In this document: in pieces, positions 16,860-17,694 of the stretch
Layout of the letters: every line of letters begins with the position of its first letter
Position numbering within the stretch: the first letter of the stretch is position 1
Assembly: GCA_039801565.1 (NCBI GenBank)
Contig: JBDRUX010000048.1
Span: forward strand, 1-17,694
Origin: a candidate division WOR-3 bacterium
GTDB taxonomy: Bacteria; Hydrothermota; Tepidihabitantia; Tepidihabitantales; JAOUPE01
DNA length: 17,694 bases
Direction of reading: 5' to 3'
Translations under genes and position numbers: made by a program
Notes under the pieces: generated by a model
The model's input: only the letters and a program-made list of their open reading frames with translations
The model's database searches: none
Told to the model about the DNA's origin: nothing

Positions 16860-17175
16860 ATTGGACAACTTTGTATAATAGTGAATAAAAGGAAAATCGA
16901 AAATTTCTCTCACTTCTAAGAAGAAACTTCATTCTCTCAGGGAGTTGCGATACAAATTACATTGGGTAAAAATGGTTCTTAGTCAGAAAACTCGTCCTGA
17001 TGAAAAAGGATTGGCTGTTCAAACTCGGAATGAGAAATGCGGAACTTGGAACAACAATCAGCTACTCTTCATTTCGCATCCACACTACTGCATTTACAAT
17101 CCTCTGGTTAAATAGGTTCACTCACTGCTTAATACCTGAGTCGTTCGGGGCAATTTATCACGACAATTTAAACTA

Positions 17176-17339
17176 TTGAACATTTTGAACTATTTTTCCC
17201 TGCATCCCCCCAAATCAGTAATTTGTGGCTAGTGGTTAGGGACTGGTGTGCACCAAAAAACGATTTAGCCTTGAACACTTTGAACTATTTCCTATGCATC
17301 TTAAATCCGTGATTGAGGCAACGGGCTTAGGGATAAGTG
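17176..17339. repeat. Degenerate tandem duplication, period 95 bp
   Basis: TTGAACAyTTTGAACTATTT at 17176 and 17271, each followed by TGCATC..AAATCmGTrATT..GwGGC...TTAGGGA. Confidence 0.75.
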
Positions 17340-17362
17340 AAAATGACGAGCTGGTGTCTAAG

Positions 17363-17566
17363 GTTGCTTCCCAGGCGACCTACGGGGCTACCTACCGAGC
17401 CGCTCCCCAGGTTGCTTCCCAAGTTGCTTACCGAGTCGCTCCCGAAGTCGCCTACGAAGTCGCTCCCTAACCTGCCTACCAACCAACTCCCCAAGCAACT
17501 TCCCAGGCAACTTAGGAGGCAGCCTACGGGGTAGCTTAGGGGGTAGCCTACGGGGTCACCCCCTAG
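17363..17566. repeat. Tandem array of 17 degenerate 12-bp units (consensus SYNRCYYMSNRR)
   Basis: Exact 12-bp phase with no indels: gttgcttcccag, gcgacctacggg, gctacctaccga, gccgctccccag, gttgcttcccaa, gttgcttaccga, gtcgctcccgaa, gtcgcctacgaa ... gtagcctacggg, gtcaccccctag. Confidence 0.9.
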
Positions 17567-17602
17567 ACGATACCCCCTCCCAAATGGAAAATTAGAGTTA
17601 TG

Positions 17603-17611
17603 TGCTATAAT
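17603..17611 (+). promoter_or_regulatory. Extended -10 promoter element
   Basis: TGcTATAAT (17603-17611), followed by GAAAGGA (17626-17632) and ATG 17638. Confidence 0.5.
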
Positions 17612-17637
17612 GTCTGCAAAATGGAGAAAGGATAAAT

Positions 17638-17694
17638 ATGACGAGAAAACAGAAGAGACCCAGGGGTGGGAACACCCCTGGCGCCAAACCAAAA
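17638..17694 (+). CDS. Possible 5' end of a gene running off the right edge (MTRKQKRPRGGNTPGAKPK...)
   Basis: Extended -10, SD-like AAGGA and ATG at plausible spacing; frame open to the window end; only 19 codons visible. Confidence 0.3.
   Translation, partial: MTRKQKRPRGGNTPGAKPK

Noticed and set aside
16860..17115. Short ORF near 16945-17115 (LRYKLHWVKMVLSQKTRP...)
   Set aside because: Under 60 aa with no recognisable features.
17363..17566. CRISPR array
   Set aside because: Units are contiguous 12-mers with no constant repeat and unique spacer alternation; no cas genes in the window.

Overview
Bacterial window, by inference from a WOR-3-like/FCB-group lineage (PorV-like beta-barrel plus several proteins with T9SS-type C-terminal sorting domains). 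Left half, minus strand: a probable operon of a conserved hypothetical protein, PorV/PorQ-family protein, accA, era and an M6 metalloprotease, then a separately promoted YVTN beta-propeller gene running off the left edge. Centre: tmRNA (ssrA, tag ANNSYALAA) under a consensus sigma70 promoter, an unexplained ~120-nt rod-like hairpin, an 888-aa secreted double-propeller protein with a terminator, and a 3' remnant of an IS256-family element. Right half: a Na+-type V/A-ATPase cluster (H/G, I, K, E) that stops before C/F/A/B/D. An AT-rich accessory block follows, with an MNT-HEPN pair, a possible recJ relic and an uncharacterised HExxH protein, then a ~95-bp degenerate duplication and 17 tandem degenerate 12-mers. 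Three genes appear leaderless (-10 box 7 nt before ATG, no SD). All family calls are by motif recognition; no searches were run.
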